Shown: positions 28,283 through 39,531, numbered from the stretch's first letter. The stretch: 64,000 nucleotides of DNA from Spirochaetia bacterium (GCA_965225855.1 CBDDCK010000005.1:832001-896000), one strand, 5' to 3'. The notes: generated by a model not told the origin, from the sequence alone. Made by a program: numbers and translations.

Positions 28283-28652
28283 GCGGGATTGATAAAGATC
28301 AAAGCCACTAACCATAGGCGCTTGGGCTTGGGATTGCCAAAGCTAAAATCAACAAAAACCAGCAGCATGGCCAGCAGCATGGGCATGGTTTGGGTAAAGG
28401 CAGAAATAGACTTTTTGATAAACAATCCTTACTACAATATAATCGAGTGGAGGGATTATTGGCTAAAAAAGTAGTTGTCAAACAAAAATGAAAAAATAAA
28501 CAACTCACGGCTACTTTATTGGCTTTGATTGACTTCTTTTTTTCAAGATTTACGACTTTAATCAGCCAATTAGCAGTAAAATGAATATTTTGGCATTGAG
28601 CAAAGAATGAGTATATCATTATGATTATCAGCCTTGGTATTAAGGATCGTCC

Positions 28653-30059
28653 ATGAATATTGATTTATTTTCCAATCTCTCACCGCTAGATCACCGCTAC
28701 CGCAATACTTATCCAGAATTGCATAATCGGCTAGGTGGCTATTTAGATGAACGGGCTGCCATTCGCTACTATATTCAAGCTGAATTTGCCTTGCTGAAAA
28801 CGCACATGCTGGAGCAAGGTAAAAAGCTTAGTGATATAGAGCAAGACCTTGCTAGCGTAGATATTTCTCCAGAAGAAGTGTATCGCGAAGAGGAAAAAAC
28901 GCAGCACAATGTACGAGCTTTAGTCAACTTGATGGTACACAAAGTTCCCAAAGCCTATCGCCCTTATGTTCACTTGGGGGCAACTTCCATGGATATTGTG
29001 GACACGGCCAATGCCATGCGTCTGCGCGATGCCATGCAACAAGTTGTCTTACCCCAACTCATTAGTTTGCAGACCCACCTGATTGCCTTGGCTGAGCGTG
29101 AAGCGGCAACCGCTCAAGTTGGACGCACCCATGGTCAATTTGCCGTTCCTATAACGTTTGGTTTTGCCATGGCCTCTTATGTTTCGCGTTTGGGCCAGAG
29201 CCTAGCCAAATTACACCAGTTGAGCGGTGATCTGCGCGGAAAACTTTCTGGGGCGGTTGGAGGCTACAATGCACTATCTTTAATTACTAGCGACCCTGAA
29301 GCGATGGAGCAAAAGTATTTGAAATTGCTGGGGCTCAAGCCTTCTGAGTATTCCAGCCAAATCGTTATGCCCGAATACCAATTGCGCTTATTGTTGGAAA
29401 TCAATATAGCCTTTGGGATTATTGCCAATTTGGCTGACGACTTGCGCCACCTGCAGCGTTCTGAAATTGACGAAGTGCGCGAATATTTTTCTCCCACGCA
29501 AGTAGGGTCATCGACTATGCCACAAAAGCGCAACCCGTGGAACTGTGAGCATGTCAAAAGTCTATGGAAGGCTTTTTCACCCCGCATATACTCATTTTAC
29601 ATGGATCAAATATCCGAACATCAGCGCGATTTGTCCAATTCTGCTTCTGCACGTTTTGTGGTTGATTTTGTTGCTGGCTTTAGTTTTGCCGTGGAGCGTA
29701 TGGATAGCATTGCCGTCCATTTATCATTATCACCAGAACGTTTGCAGCATAATTTGCAATACCTTGGAGATATGATATTGGCAGAGCCACTATATATTTT
29801 ATTATCGCTAGGTGGGGTTGAAAATGCCCATGAAATCATACGCCAGCTAACTTTTCAGTGTGAAGAAAGTGGGCAGAAACTTTGGCAGCTTTTGAAAGAC
29901 AAGCCAGAGTTAAATGCTATTATTGAAAAACAATTGGCTAAAGTGGGCTATGAGCAAAATTTTTTGGAAAATCCAGAACATTACCTAGGCTGTTGTGAAC
30001 AACGATGCTTAGCTTTATGCCAACAATATGCAAAACAATTGCAACAGCTCAATTTTTGA
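28653..30059 (+). CDS. purB: Adenylosuccinate lyase
   Basis: SPLD.RY, HLGATS.DI, GRTHGQ.A.P.T.G, GSSTMPQKRNP, HQRDLSNSA. Confidence 0.93.
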   Translation: MNIDLFSNLSPLDHRYRNTYPELHNRLGGYLDERAAIRYYIQAEFALLKTHMLEQGKKLSDIEQDLASVDISPEEVYREEEKTQHNVRALVNLMVHKVPKAYRPYVHLGATSMDIVDTANAMRLRDAMQQVVLPQLISLQTHLIALAEREAATAQVGRTHGQFAVPITFGFAMASYVSRLGQSLAKLHQLSGDLRGKLSGAVGGYNALSLITSDPEAMEQKYLKLLGLKPSEYSSQIVMPEYQLRLLLEINIAFGIIANLADDLRHLQRSEIDEVREYFSPTQVGSSTMPQKRNPWNCEHVKSLWKAFSPRIYSFYMDQISEHQRDLSNSASARFVVDFVAGFSFAVERMDSIAVHLSLSPERLQHNLQYLGDMILAEPLYILLSLGGVENAHEIIRQLTFQCEESGQKLWQLLKDKPELNAIIEKQLAKVGYEQNFLENPEHYLGCCEQRCLALCQQYAKQLQQLNF

Positions 30060-30069
30060 AACAAAACAT

Positions 30070-31098
30070 ATGAGAATAGTGCTGAAAATCAACTTACTTT
30101 TTGCTTATCTACTACTGATAGTAGTGGTTTTGGGTTGCCGTAGTAGTAGCAAATTACTCTACCCGATAGAGGTGGAATCTTTTTACGGTTATATCAATCG
30201 CCAAGGGAGTTTGCGCATACCGCCTAAGTACCCCTATGTAGAGCGTTATTCCGAAGGCTTGGCCCCTGTGCAGCGCAGTGATGGCAGCCTGGTCTATCTC
30301 AATCTTGATGGAAAAGAATTGGAAGTACCAACCAATCACGGGCAAGATTGCCCGATCAATAAACTCGATGTCTTTTCAGATGGTATGGCCCGCGTGGTAG
30401 TGGGCCAGAAAGTAGGTTATATTGATATCAAGCTAAACTGGGCCATATTACCACAATTTCGCCGGGCGGGGCAGTTTTCCGAAGGCTTGGCAGCGGTACT
30501 CGATTTTGCCAAACGGCGTGCTGCCTATATCAATAAAAAAGGAAAGGAAGTTTTTACGTTGGAAAATGTAACTGCAGTTGGCCCCATGAAGGCGGGTTTT
30601 GCCTATTTTGTGCGTAATGAGCGCTTTGGCATTGTGAATAAAGAAGGGAAAATTTTGCGCAAGCCCAACTATCTTTTTCTAGCCAGTGCAGACCCAAATA
30701 CAGGGCTTGCCCGTGCCCAAGATGATGAGAGTGAATTATTTGGTTTTGTCAATCGCAACGGTAATTGGATTATTTTACCACGCTATCCAAATGCCAAGGA
30801 TTTTTCTGGTGGTTTTGCCGCTGTATTTATCCGCAATAAAAACGCTTACGGCTATATTGACTCACGGGGGAATATGCGTATTTCCGGACAGTATTTGGCT
30901 GCGGGTGGGTTCCAAGATGGTTTTGCCTGGGTAAAAACCGATAAAGGGTTTCGCTATATCAATAGCGATGGCCAATGGCTCTCTCCATTGATATTTACTT
31001 ATACTCATGATTTTTATGAAGGTTTAGCTGCTGCTAGCCAAGGAGAGAGCCAGTTATATATCAACACCCAAGGAGGGATTACTTGGCCCAGCCAGTAA
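30070..31098 (+). CDS. WG-repeat (KWG Leptospira-type) lipoprotein
   Basis: Signal ending VVLG-C; repeated FSEGLA.V...GYI....G units. Confidence 0.85.
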   Translation: MRIVLKINLLFAYLLLIVVVLGCRSSSKLLYPIEVESFYGYINRQGSLRIPPKYPYVERYSEGLAPVQRSDGSLVYLNLDGKELEVPTNHGQDCPINKLDVFSDGMARVVVGQKVGYIDIKLNWAILPQFRRAGQFSEGLAAVLDFAKRRAAYINKKGKEVFTLENVTAVGPMKAGFAYFVRNERFGIVNKEGKILRKPNYLFLASADPNTGLARAQDDESELFGFVNRNGNWIILPRYPNAKDFSGGFAAVFIRNKNAYGYIDSRGNMRISGQYLAAGGFQDGFAWVKTDKGFRYINSDGQWLSPLIFTYTHDFYEGLAAASQGESQLYINTQGGITWPSQ

Positions 31099-31177
31099 GA
31101 ATATTGGTCAATAATTTATTTTATTTTTACTATATATTTTCTATACAATAATTTGGGAAGTTGTAACAACATAAAAA

Positions 31178-32389
31178 ATGGATACAGAACAAAAAGATTT
31201 GGCCCCCAGTACAGGTTCCAAAAATCAGGCCAATTCGCAACCAACACAAACGACACAGGAAGTGGAAAGCCAAGAAACAAAAAAAACAACAGTTCCGCGG
31301 CTCAATCTATTTCAGAGGCCCAAAAAACCGAGTGCCAAAGTAGTAAAATCAAACTCTGATATAGGTTTGGCAGCCAAGCCAGCAGCACAAAAAAATGCCA
31401 GTGTTATTAGCCCAAAGGAAATAAAATTTTTCCAAAGTCGCCAAATGGCAATCCATAAAAATATGTGTGGCAATATTATTGGGCAAGAAGATTTGCTACA
31501 CCATTTATTGCTAGCGTTAGTTGGTGGTGGCCATATCCTAATTGAAGGTGTGCCGGGCCTTGCTAAAACTTTGGCTGTGCGCAGCTTAGCTAAAAGTTTG
31601 CAGCTCAGTTGCAAGCGCATTCAATTTACGCCGGATTTACTGCCTGCAGATTTAATTGGAACGATGATTTTTCACCAAAGTAAAGATCAATTTGTCCCAC
31701 GGTACGGCCCGATTTTTACCCAAGTATTGTTAGCTGATGAGATTAATCGTGCACCGGCCAAAGTTCAATCGGCTTTGTTGGAAGCGATGGGCGAACAGCA
31801 GGTAACTATTGGCAATGTCAGTTATCCATTGCCAAAGCCTTTTTTTGTCATGGCGACCCAAAATCCAATTGAAGAAGAAGGTACATATACGCTGCCTGCA
31901 GCCCAGTTAGACCGTTTTGACATGAAATATGTAGTGCGTTACCCCAATCCCAAAGATGAATTGCGACTGCTGTTGCAATATCAAGAGCAAAAGCTGGATT
32001 TTCAAAAAGAGGATTCTAATAACGATTTTTGCTTAAATCCCGGGGATTTATTTCAAATGCGTAAAATTGCTGCTAAAATTCATTTAGGAGAATCTCTTGT
32101 ACGCTATATTGTAAACATTGTCAATGCCACGCGTGAAACACACAGCCGTCTTGAATTTAGCCGATACCTTGATTTGGGGGCCTCGCCGCGTGCAAGTTTG
32201 GCTTTGTGTCGTTACGCAGCCTTAAATGCACTATTTTCTGGGAGAGACTATGTATTACCTAACGATATTAAAATTATTTGTCCTGCTGTATTGCGCCACC
32301 GCTTATTGCTTTCTTATGAAGCAGAAGCAGCCAACCAAAGTGCTGATAACGTGATCGAAAAAATTTTACAAACTGTTTCTGTACCATAA
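31178..32389 (+). CDS. moxR: MoxR-family AAA+ ATPase
   Basis: GVPGLAKT, RIQFTPDLLPAD, DEINRAPAKVQSALLEAM, ATQNPIE.EGTY.LP.AQLDRF. Confidence 0.95.
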   Translation: MDTEQKDLAPSTGSKNQANSQPTQTTQEVESQETKKTTVPRLNLFQRPKKPSAKVVKSNSDIGLAAKPAAQKNASVISPKEIKFFQSRQMAIHKNMCGNIIGQEDLLHHLLLALVGGGHILIEGVPGLAKTLAVRSLAKSLQLSCKRIQFTPDLLPADLIGTMIFHQSKDQFVPRYGPIFTQVLLADEINRAPAKVQSALLEAMGEQQVTIGNVSYPLPKPFFVMATQNPIEEEGTYTLPAAQLDRFDMKYVVRYPNPKDELRLLLQYQEQKLDFQKEDSNNDFCLNPGDLFQMRKIAAKIHLGESLVRYIVNIVNATRETHSRLEFSRYLDLGASPRASLALCRYAALNALFSGRDYVLPNDIKIICPAVLRHRLLLSYEAEAANQSADNVIEKILQTVSVP

Positions 32390-32407
32390 AATAAAATTTT
32401 ATTGTCT

Positions 32408-33334
32408 ATGTTGGAAACAAACGATATTCATCAATATATCCAAAACTTAAACCTTACGGTGAGCCGCCTCGTGGAAGAGCTGTTTGCTGGCAACTATCGC
32501 GCAATATTTAAAGGTTTTGGCTTAGAATTTGCCGAAATTCGTGAATACATGGATGGCGATGATATGCGCATGATCGACTGGAATGTTTTTGCCCGTACTG
32601 GACAATTGCATTCTAAGACCTTTCAAGAAGAGCGCGAATTGACGATGATGATTATTGCCGACTGTTCGGCTTCGATGTTGGAAGCCAATATGGAACATCA
32701 TAAATTTGACTTGCAATTATTTTTGTTTGCGCTGTTTGCTGCTGCTGCGGCGATGCATAATGACCGAGTTGGCAGCATTTTTTACCATCAAGATGTAGCG
32801 AATTTTTTCCCATCGCGCAAAGGCTGTAAATATGTGATGCAGCAGCTCACCAGTTTGACGACCCAATTGGGGCATGCACACAAGAATCGTGGCAGCAACT
32901 TGGGTTTGGCTTTGAGTCTTGCAGCCCAGAAAATGCATAAACGCGGTATTTGCATTATTTTTTCTGATTTTTTGAGCCAAGGTTACGAAAAAGAATTGGC
33001 CATTCTCTCTCATCGCCATGATGTGATTGCCATTCGTTTGAGTACAGAATACCACAATCGCTTCCCCTCTGTTGGTTTGGTGCGTTTAAGTGATTATGAA
33101 TCGCAGGAAAATCGTTTTTTCTGGGGTCATTCATCGCAGTTGAAGCACCGTTATAAAGACTATTGGCAACGCCAAGAAGAGCAATGGCGCAAGATTTGCC
33201 ACCGCTATGGGGTCGATCATTACAGTATCCAAACTAACGAAAATATCATACAAAAAATTTACGAATATCTATGGATGCGCCGCAAAGTAACTCACAAACA
33301 CACCTACATACGGCCCGATATAGAGTTGGGCTAA
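32408..33334 (+). CDS. DUF58 (vWA-like) protein of the moxR/bat operon
   Basis: G.GLEFAEIREY..GDD.R.IDWNV.AR, EEREL, D.S.SM, SDF. Confidence 0.9.
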   Translation: MLETNDIHQYIQNLNLTVSRLVEELFAGNYRAIFKGFGLEFAEIREYMDGDDMRMIDWNVFARTGQLHSKTFQEERELTMMIIADCSASMLEANMEHHKFDLQLFLFALFAAAAAMHNDRVGSIFYHQDVANFFPSRKGCKYVMQQLTSLTTQLGHAHKNRGSNLGLALSLAAQKMHKRGICIIFSDFLSQGYEKELAILSHRHDVIAIRLSTEYHNRFPSVGLVRLSDYESQENRFFWGHSSQLKHRYKDYWQRQEEQWRKICHRYGVDHYSIQTNENIIQKIYEYLWMRRKVTHKHTYIRPDIELG

Positions 33335-33336
33335 AC

Positions 33337-34296
33337 GTGCTGCCTCGGTTTATTTGTTGGGCTTGGTTGGTATTGTGGTTTGGCCTATGTCCTATGGCTA
33401 TAATAGCTTATCAACTAAAGTCCCAAAAATTCACACCAGAAAAATATTATATTGGCCAGCGGGTTCGCACTACACTGGAAATAGAATTTTCACCCGATAT
33501 GGCACAATTATTGGATAGCCAGGCAGACGATGATGATACCGAATATAAGCTTCCCAATAGCTTAAATTACCGTATTTACCAAGCGAATATTTTGCCTACA
33601 AATCAACCAAATACGTATACGATTGAACTTGATTATGCTGTATTTACCACAGAACTCAATCAATTAGAACCTTTTAAAGTACAATCAATTACGATTGATG
33701 TCTTGACGATTCCGCGCGCGCTATCGAGTTTGGCCCATGACAATACAGAAGAACAACTCCCTCCATTGGAATCTATCCCGTTTTCGCTACCTTGGGTAGA
33801 TTTGAGTATTGCTGTGTTAATACAAGTAATCGTTTTACTGCCTATTTTGATTTTTCAAAGCTCGCGCCGACTGCGCAAATGTTTACAAACAATGTGCCAA
33901 AATTTCCAGCAAAAAAAGCCTTACCGTCAATTTCTGCGCCAACTCCAAATTTTGCAGCAAAATGAAAATCTCAATGCTCAAGAATATTACCGTATTCTAA
34001 GTTCGCAAGTGCGCCATTATTTAAGTCAGCGTACGCCATATCCTTGTTCTGCCTACACAACACAAGAGCTGGCTCAACTTAATGTAGTGCCTCGGCTACA
34101 ACCGCAAGAGCTATGGCAACAAGTCTTGGCCTTATTGCAAGTCGGTGATGATTTGCGTTTTCGTGCTGTGCCCCAGATGGTGGCAGAGAACATAGATAAC
34201 CGTCAAAAGCGCAAGGAAGTAAGCACCATTTTACATTTTGCCAAACTGGTTGAAAAGCAATTTCGGCAGCAAGAACAGGAGCGGCGCCGTGCTTAA
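33337..34296 (+). CDS. Bat-operon-associated membrane protein
   Basis: Signal-like N-terminus, central TM helix, YY..LS...R.YL...TT.E C-terminal pattern; lies between DUF58 and batA. Confidence 0.65.
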   Translation: MLPRFICWAWLVLWFGLCPMAIIAYQLKSQKFTPEKYYIGQRVRTTLEIEFSPDMAQLLDSQADDDDTEYKLPNSLNYRIYQANILPTNQPNTYTIELDYAVFTTELNQLEPFKVQSITIDVLTIPRALSSLAHDNTEEQLPPLESIPFSLPWVDLSIAVLIQVIVLLPILIFQSSRRLRKCLQTMCQNFQQKKPYRQFLRQLQILQQNENLNAQEYYRILSSQVRHYLSQRTPYPCSAYTTQELAQLNVVPRLQPQELWQQVLALLQVGDDLRFRAVPQMVAENIDNRQKRKEVSTILHFAKLVEKQFRQQEQERRRA

Positions 34297-35293
34297 TTTT
34301 GCAGAACCTGCATGGTTACTGCTATTGTTGCCAGTACCCGCCAGCCTATTTTTTTACTTTGCAACCTTACGCAACAAAGGGGGGATGCCGTTTTCCTACC
34401 GAATTTGGGGAGCTTGGGGCTTTTATCCTCGCCAGTCGTTTGTGGCTTTGCTGATTTTTAATAGTCGCTGCGGCTATATTTTGAGCTTCGTATTATTGGT
34501 AATAGCACTCTCACGCCCCAGTATTTCTTATCAGGAAAATATTTATATCAATACGGGTGCTGCGTTGTTGTTTTTGCTAGACCTTTCCCCTAGTATGGCC
34601 TCTGTTGATATTCCGCCTTATACTCGGGTAGAACGTGCAAAATATGCTGTGCGTGATTTTATTGCCAATCGGGTCAATGATAATATTGGCTTTGTCGGCT
34701 TTGGTAGTGAAGCTGCGCTGTTGTGGCCCACTTCACTCAATTATAAAGGTGCAATCCGCCGTCTCGAAGATATTGATGCGCTTAGTTTGGGTCAAGGGAC
34801 AGCAATTGGTTTGGGCTTGGCGGTGTCTGTTAGCCACTTGAGTAAGCTCCCCAACAAACATAAAATTTTGATCATGTTCACCGATGGCAGCAACAACACA
34901 GGCGAAATTTTGCCCGAAGGGGCTGCCGAAATTATACGCAATAAAGGGATTGAATTTTATATCATTGGCTTGGGGCAGATTGGCACCCGTTCGGCATTAA
35001 TTATAGACCCAGATACAGGGCAACAATTCCGCGGTAACCTAAGCGAAAGCTATAATCCAGAACGGCTACGCAAAATTGCAATGATTGCGGGTGGGACTTT
35101 TTATAACGGTATGAATAATAAAATTCTGCAACAAAATATGGCAGCGATCCATAAAGCAGAAGAAAATAAAAATAATATGGCTATTCGATTTAAACAGCAA
35201 AATTTAGAACAATATTTTATTACCGCAGCATTGCTACTACTTTTATTTGGTTTTACCATTCGCTGCATCATTTTGCAAGAACAACATATATGA
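34289..35293 (+). CDS. batA: BatA-like vWA domain protein
   Basis: F.EP.WLLLL BatA N-terminus, MIDAS DLSPSM, GTAIG.GL, TDG.NN.G; AGGAG before the GTG start. Confidence 0.85.
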   Translation: MLNFAEPAWLLLLLPVPASLFFYFATLRNKGGMPFSYRIWGAWGFYPRQSFVALLIFNSRCGYILSFVLLVIALSRPSISYQENIYINTGAALLFLLDLSPSMASVDIPPYTRVERAKYAVRDFIANRVNDNIGFVGFGSEAALLWPTSLNYKGAIRRLEDIDALSLGQGTAIGLGLAVSVSHLSKLPNKHKILIMFTDGSNNTGEILPEGAAEIIRNKGIEFYIIGLGQIGTRSALIIDPDTGQQFRGNLSESYNPERLRKIAMIAGGTFYNGMNNKILQQNMAAIHKAEENKNNMAIRFKQQNLEQYFITAALLLLLFGFTIRCIILQEQHI

Positions 35294-36450
35294 GCTTTTT
35301 ATATCCGAATTACTTATGGTATTGTTTATTCTTACTACCATACCTTATATTGTTGCCGCGCTATTATCGCAAACAATTGGAAGTTTTACAGTTATTTGGC
35401 CAACGCAACCTAAGTAGCAAAATGTATCAAATTTATCATCGTTATTTTTTTTTATTATCATTTTTTTTTGCTTTACTTATACTTTCTGTTATTTTAGCTT
35501 TGGCCAAACCATTATGGGGTTATAACAACCAAGTGGAACCCCAAGTAAAAAACTTACAAATTGTGTTTGTGTTGGATATTTCCCGTAGTATGCTGGCCCG
35601 TGATATTGTGCCTAGCCGCTTAAAACGCAGCGTAAAATTCCTTAGCGAATTATATGAGATATTTCAAAATGATGAGTTAGGGCTTGTGGTATTTAAGGGA
35701 CGACCCCAAATATTGGTACCACTATCGCACGATAAACTGGTGTTTCCCTCTCTTTTTCCTCAACTGGATAGCGATATTTTGCAAACGCCTGGTTCCAATG
35801 TTGCCAATGCTGTAGTAGAAGCGACTCGTTTATTTGATAACAAAAGTAATTCCAGCCAAATCATTATTTTACTTAGTGATGGTGAAGCTCTTAGTGGCGA
35901 ACTTAGCTATGCTTTAGAATGTCTTGACGAATGGAATGGAACTTTGATGAGTATTGGGGTCGGCACCAAAGAAGGTGCTGAATTATTTGATTTAGATGGC
36001 AACTTGATAACAAATTACTATGGTTTGCCCATACACAGTGAATTGCAAGATAAAATACTAAAAAATTTAAGTCGCCGTACTTTTGGGAAATACTACCATA
36101 TTCAAGAGCTTAGCTTGGCACAGAAATTACAAAATGAACTGGCACCACTTACCCGCGCAGACCATATTTTACAGTACAATTTGCGCGATCGTTACCAACT
36201 TTTTATCAGCTTGGCCTTGTTTTGTTTTTTAGCGATTGCCGTGTTAAAGCGTTTGGGCTTTACAGGCTTTTATCAATGTATGCAAGCACAAAGCCAAACT
36301 TTACAAGAACAGCAATCTTTAGAGAAACCTTTCAAGCAGCCTTTAGGGCAGTCCTCTTTGAGTCAATTTTCAGCTAGTCGTATACAGACCAACAGGCAAA
36401 CAAAAACTCAAACTCAAACTGCAAGAACTACTGCAAAAATCAACGGTTAA
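35290..36450 (+). CDS. batB: BatB-like vWA domain protein
   Basis: ALAKP.WG, MIDAS DISRSM, PSRL, SDGE, GVGT.EG. Confidence 0.85.
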   Translation: MSFLYPNYLWYCLFLLPYLILLPRYYRKQLEVLQLFGQRNLSSKMYQIYHRYFFLLSFFFALLILSVILALAKPLWGYNNQVEPQVKNLQIVFVLDISRSMLARDIVPSRLKRSVKFLSELYEIFQNDELGLVVFKGRPQILVPLSHDKLVFPSLFPQLDSDILQTPGSNVANAVVEATRLFDNKSNSSQIIILLSDGEALSGELSYALECLDEWNGTLMSIGVGTKEGAELFDLDGNLITNYYGLPIHSELQDKILKNLSRRTFGKYYHIQELSLAQKLQNELAPLTRADHILQYNLRDRYQLFISLALFCFLAIAVLKRLGFTGFYQCMQAQSQTLQEQQSLEKPFKQPLGQSSLSQFSASRIQTNRQTKTQTQTARTTAKING

Positions 36451-36454
36451 GCCC

Positions 36455-37114
36455 ATGTCTGCCTGTAATTTGCTCTATTGTATTTTCTTTTTATTCTTTA
36501 TGCTATTTTTTTCTTGCAATAGCTATCTGGCCGATGGCATGAGGGTGGCTTGGGGTAAACAGCTTTTCCAGCAAGGCAATTACCAAGAAGCATTGCTCTA
36601 TTTCCTCGATGCAGAACAAAATCGCTTGCGTAGCTTCCAATTACAGCCTGGTAATTCTGCAGAATTTTTGGCCTTGCGACGCATTCAATACAATGTTGGT
36701 TTGATTTACAGTGCCTTGGGCCAAAGCCTGCCAGCCATAAATTACTGGCAGGCAATTTTAGATAAAGGTGGCATCATTGATGATCAACCATTACAATTTG
36801 CGCTTCTCTATAATATTGGTCTGCTTTACAGCCAAACAAGCCAAAATGCCAAAGCAAGGCTCAACCTAGTTCAGGCCTTAACGCTTCAGCCCGACCACGA
36901 AGGGGCTCGAAAAGCTTTGGAGCTATGCCTCGAACAATTAAAACAAAGCCAACTGAGTGAAAAACTAGCAACAAAGGAAAATAAACTTCAAGAAGTTCTG
37001 CCATCTGAATCCAGTATTAGTGATGAACAAATTCTCAACTATATTTCGCGTCAAGCAAACTATCGCTTTAAGCGAGATACCAAAATACAACAAGCACTGC
37101 GTAATGATTGGTAA
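36455..37114 (+). CDS. batC: BatC-like TPR protein
   Basis: TPR repeats (YNVGLIY, YNIGLLY), C-terminal DW, operon position. Confidence 0.72.
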   Translation: MSACNLLYCIFFLFFMLFFSCNSYLADGMRVAWGKQLFQQGNYQEALLYFLDAEQNRLRSFQLQPGNSAEFLALRRIQYNVGLIYSALGQSLPAINYWQAILDKGGIIDDQPLQFALLYNIGLLYSQTSQNAKARLNLVQALTLQPDHEGARKALELCLEQLKQSQLSEKLATKENKLQEVLPSESSISDEQILNYISRQANYRFKRDTKIQQALRNDW

Positions 37115-37126
37115 ATTTTATTGGTT

Positions 37127-39454
37127 ATGAAACTTTTTACATCGTTTATTGGGGTTACTATTTGGGCCTTTGCTATTGGCCTACCTTGGTTATTGATTGC
37201 CCAAGATAATCAAGATTCCCAAAATGACCCAAATGCCCAAGAAGTGCCAGAGCAAACAGAAATTGAAATACTCAGCGATAAAGTCTACCTCTACAGCCAT
37301 TTCAATGTGCTATTTAAAACGCCTTTTCGCCTGGAAGAAACAGTACGCATCAGCCCAATAGATGAAGAGCAAACTGCCGTACTACGCACAGAAAGGCTTG
37401 ATTATTCGCGCTATACCAATGAAAAAGGTCAAGAGCGAAGGGCTTTCATTTTAGGCTTTTATACGGTTCGGCCTGGCTTGCATCAATTGCCACGTTTGCG
37501 TTTCCAAAATCGGGGGAATCGCCAAAGTTGGAACAGCCCGAGTATAGCGTTTGCTAGTTTTCAAATAGATGAAGGCTTTTTACCACTACCCGTAAATGTC
37601 GAGTTGAATCAGTTGCCCAAAAAAGTTTACTTAGGGCAAAACATTGTTTTAAATATTTGGGCAAAGCAAGTAGATGCAATCGATCAAAATTTTCTGCTGC
37701 AAACACCCGAATTTAATAATTTTTTAGTGCAAAAAAGCCCCATAAAAGCCAATGTAAAGCGCAAAGAAATTTTAGGCCAAAACGTATACCAAGTGCCTTT
37801 GGGGACTTGGTTGCTAAACCCAATACAAGAAGGTCTGCTCAATATTCCAGCGATTCCAGCCAGTGTAATGGGCTTAAAACGAGAGACTTTGGCCCAGCAG
37901 CTGGAAGTTTTGCCTTTACCGCCAAACCCTTACCAAAATAATAGTGAGCTGGTAGAACAGTCTGCCATTGCGATTGGCCAGTTTCGCCTATCATCTCACC
38001 TTTATGCGCCTGAAACACAGCTAGAAAACCAAATAAGACAAAAAGACGCAAAATTCAAACAAGATGAGAGCAAGCAAAAATTGGCAGAAGTTGCTCCTGA
38101 ATTTGCCAAAGATGAATTGATCCGCATTACTCTGCGCATTACCGGAAACGGGAATATCCATCTTTCTTCCTTTCCCGCAGTAAGAAGCCCCAGCAATTTA
38201 ATATTATTGCAAAGTAGTGAAACCGAGCAGCTAGAGTTAAATTTTTCCAAAGCAGAACTTTCGGGTTGGCGCGAACAAGAATTATCTTACAAAGCAAAAA
38301 ATTCGGGAAAATATAATATCAGCGTTGACGATTTTTATTTTTTTGATCCTGAACTAGGCAACTGGCAACGCATAAAAACAGAGAAATTAAGTTTGCAAGT
38401 AGTGAATCTGGCCACCCAATCTTATTATACCAATCTTGAAGACCTAAACTTTCCAGATACAACGGTATTTTTTTTCAATCTAATGTTTTGGATACAAAAA
38501 TATGCATTTTATATTTGCTTGTTTATCTTTTTCTTAATCAATATTTATTTTTTGTTATATTTCTCTCGTCAATTTGCCAATACTTCTTCTGCAAAAAATT
38601 ATCATATTCATTCTTCGCCAGCACCCAAAAAACAAGAGCCAAAGCACAAACTACCTATTTATATCTCATTTGTTATTTTGCTTACCGTCTTCGTATCTTT
38701 GTTACATTATATTTCTGTAAACCAAAAACGCTCTATTCAAGAAGAAACAAAACAATACTATCTTAAATTATTGCAAAAAAATATAATCGTTTCAAAAAAT
38801 GTTCATTTTCCTAAATTAACACAACAGTTGCAAAAATTATGGGATATGCCAGGAAATTTGCCAAACATTTCTTTATTTTTCTACCAAAATGGCATGCGAT
38901 TGCAGGCATTGGAAGTAGCCTATTTAAGTTATTTCCTGTTACCGTTGCACCCATTATCACGCCGCTTAGTCTCATCACTGCGCATCGAGCAAGGGTTAAG
39001 CCCCAATTTACCTGATTTTTTTGTTTGGCCTCTGCAGCTCAATCATATTTGGAAAATTTTGGTTATTAGCTTATTTCTCATAATTTTCATTGGTTATCGC
39101 AAAAAGCAAAAAAATTTTGAATATCAAAATAACGAATTTGCACAAGATAAATTATTGCATCGTCATCGCAATTATTCTACCATTTTGCTGCTATTGTTAT
39201 TGAGCCTTATTATCCCTTGGCGTTTTTCGCTGGCAGTCAATACCCGTGAAGATTTAGAATTGGCTACTATTCCCACAGGTAATAATACTGAAACAGCAGA
39301 TAAGCGCGATAGTTGGAATAACCGCTTAAATACAGGAGAGTTGATAAAAATTAAAGGGCGTGCGAATGATTCATCTTATATTCTGGTACTCAGTGAAAAA
39401 CAAGACCAAGGCTGGATTGATGAAAGGAGATTGTTTTTATTACCAAAATATTAA
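37127..39454 (+). CDS. batD: BatD-family protein with C-terminal TM segments and SH3-like end
   Basis: KVYLGQ, AIGQF, ITGNGNI, FFDPE.G BatD motifs; terminal GE...GWI pattern. Confidence 0.72.
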   Translation: MKLFTSFIGVTIWAFAIGLPWLLIAQDNQDSQNDPNAQEVPEQTEIEILSDKVYLYSHFNVLFKTPFRLEETVRISPIDEEQTAVLRTERLDYSRYTNEKGQERRAFILGFYTVRPGLHQLPRLRFQNRGNRQSWNSPSIAFASFQIDEGFLPLPVNVELNQLPKKVYLGQNIVLNIWAKQVDAIDQNFLLQTPEFNNFLVQKSPIKANVKRKEILGQNVYQVPLGTWLLNPIQEGLLNIPAIPASVMGLKRETLAQQLEVLPLPPNPYQNNSELVEQSAIAIGQFRLSSHLYAPETQLENQIRQKDAKFKQDESKQKLAEVAPEFAKDELIRITLRITGNGNIHLSSFPAVRSPSNLILLQSSETEQLELNFSKAELSGWREQELSYKAKNSGKYNISVDDFYFFDPELGNWQRIKTEKLSLQVVNLATQSYYTNLEDLNFPDTTVFFFNLMFWIQKYAFYICLFIFFLINIYFLLYFSRQFANTSSAKNYHIHSSPAPKKQEPKHKLPIYISFVILLTVFVSLLHYISVNQKRSIQEETKQYYLKLLQKNIIVSKNVHFPKLTQQLQKLWDMPGNLPNISLFFYQNGMRLQALEVAYLSYFLLPLHPLSRRLVSSLRIEQGLSPNLPDFFVWPLQLNHIWKILVISLFLIIFIGYRKKQKNFEYQNNEFAQDKLLHRHRNYSTILLLLLLSLIIPWRFSLAVNTREDLELATIPTGNNTETADKRDSWNNRLNTGELIKIKGRANDSSYILVLSEKQDQGWIDERRLFLLPKY

Positions 39455-39531
39455 AGTGATCAAACAATATTACAGGGCCCAATATTAATTACGAGGCCCA
39501 TGCCCATATTTACGCATCTTGTTTATGTATC

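Noticed and set aside
28262..28619. Short ORFs between the aminotransferase and purB
   Set aside because: No RBS or recognisable domain; contains a local CAGCAGCATGG duplication and looks like intergenic or decayed DNA.
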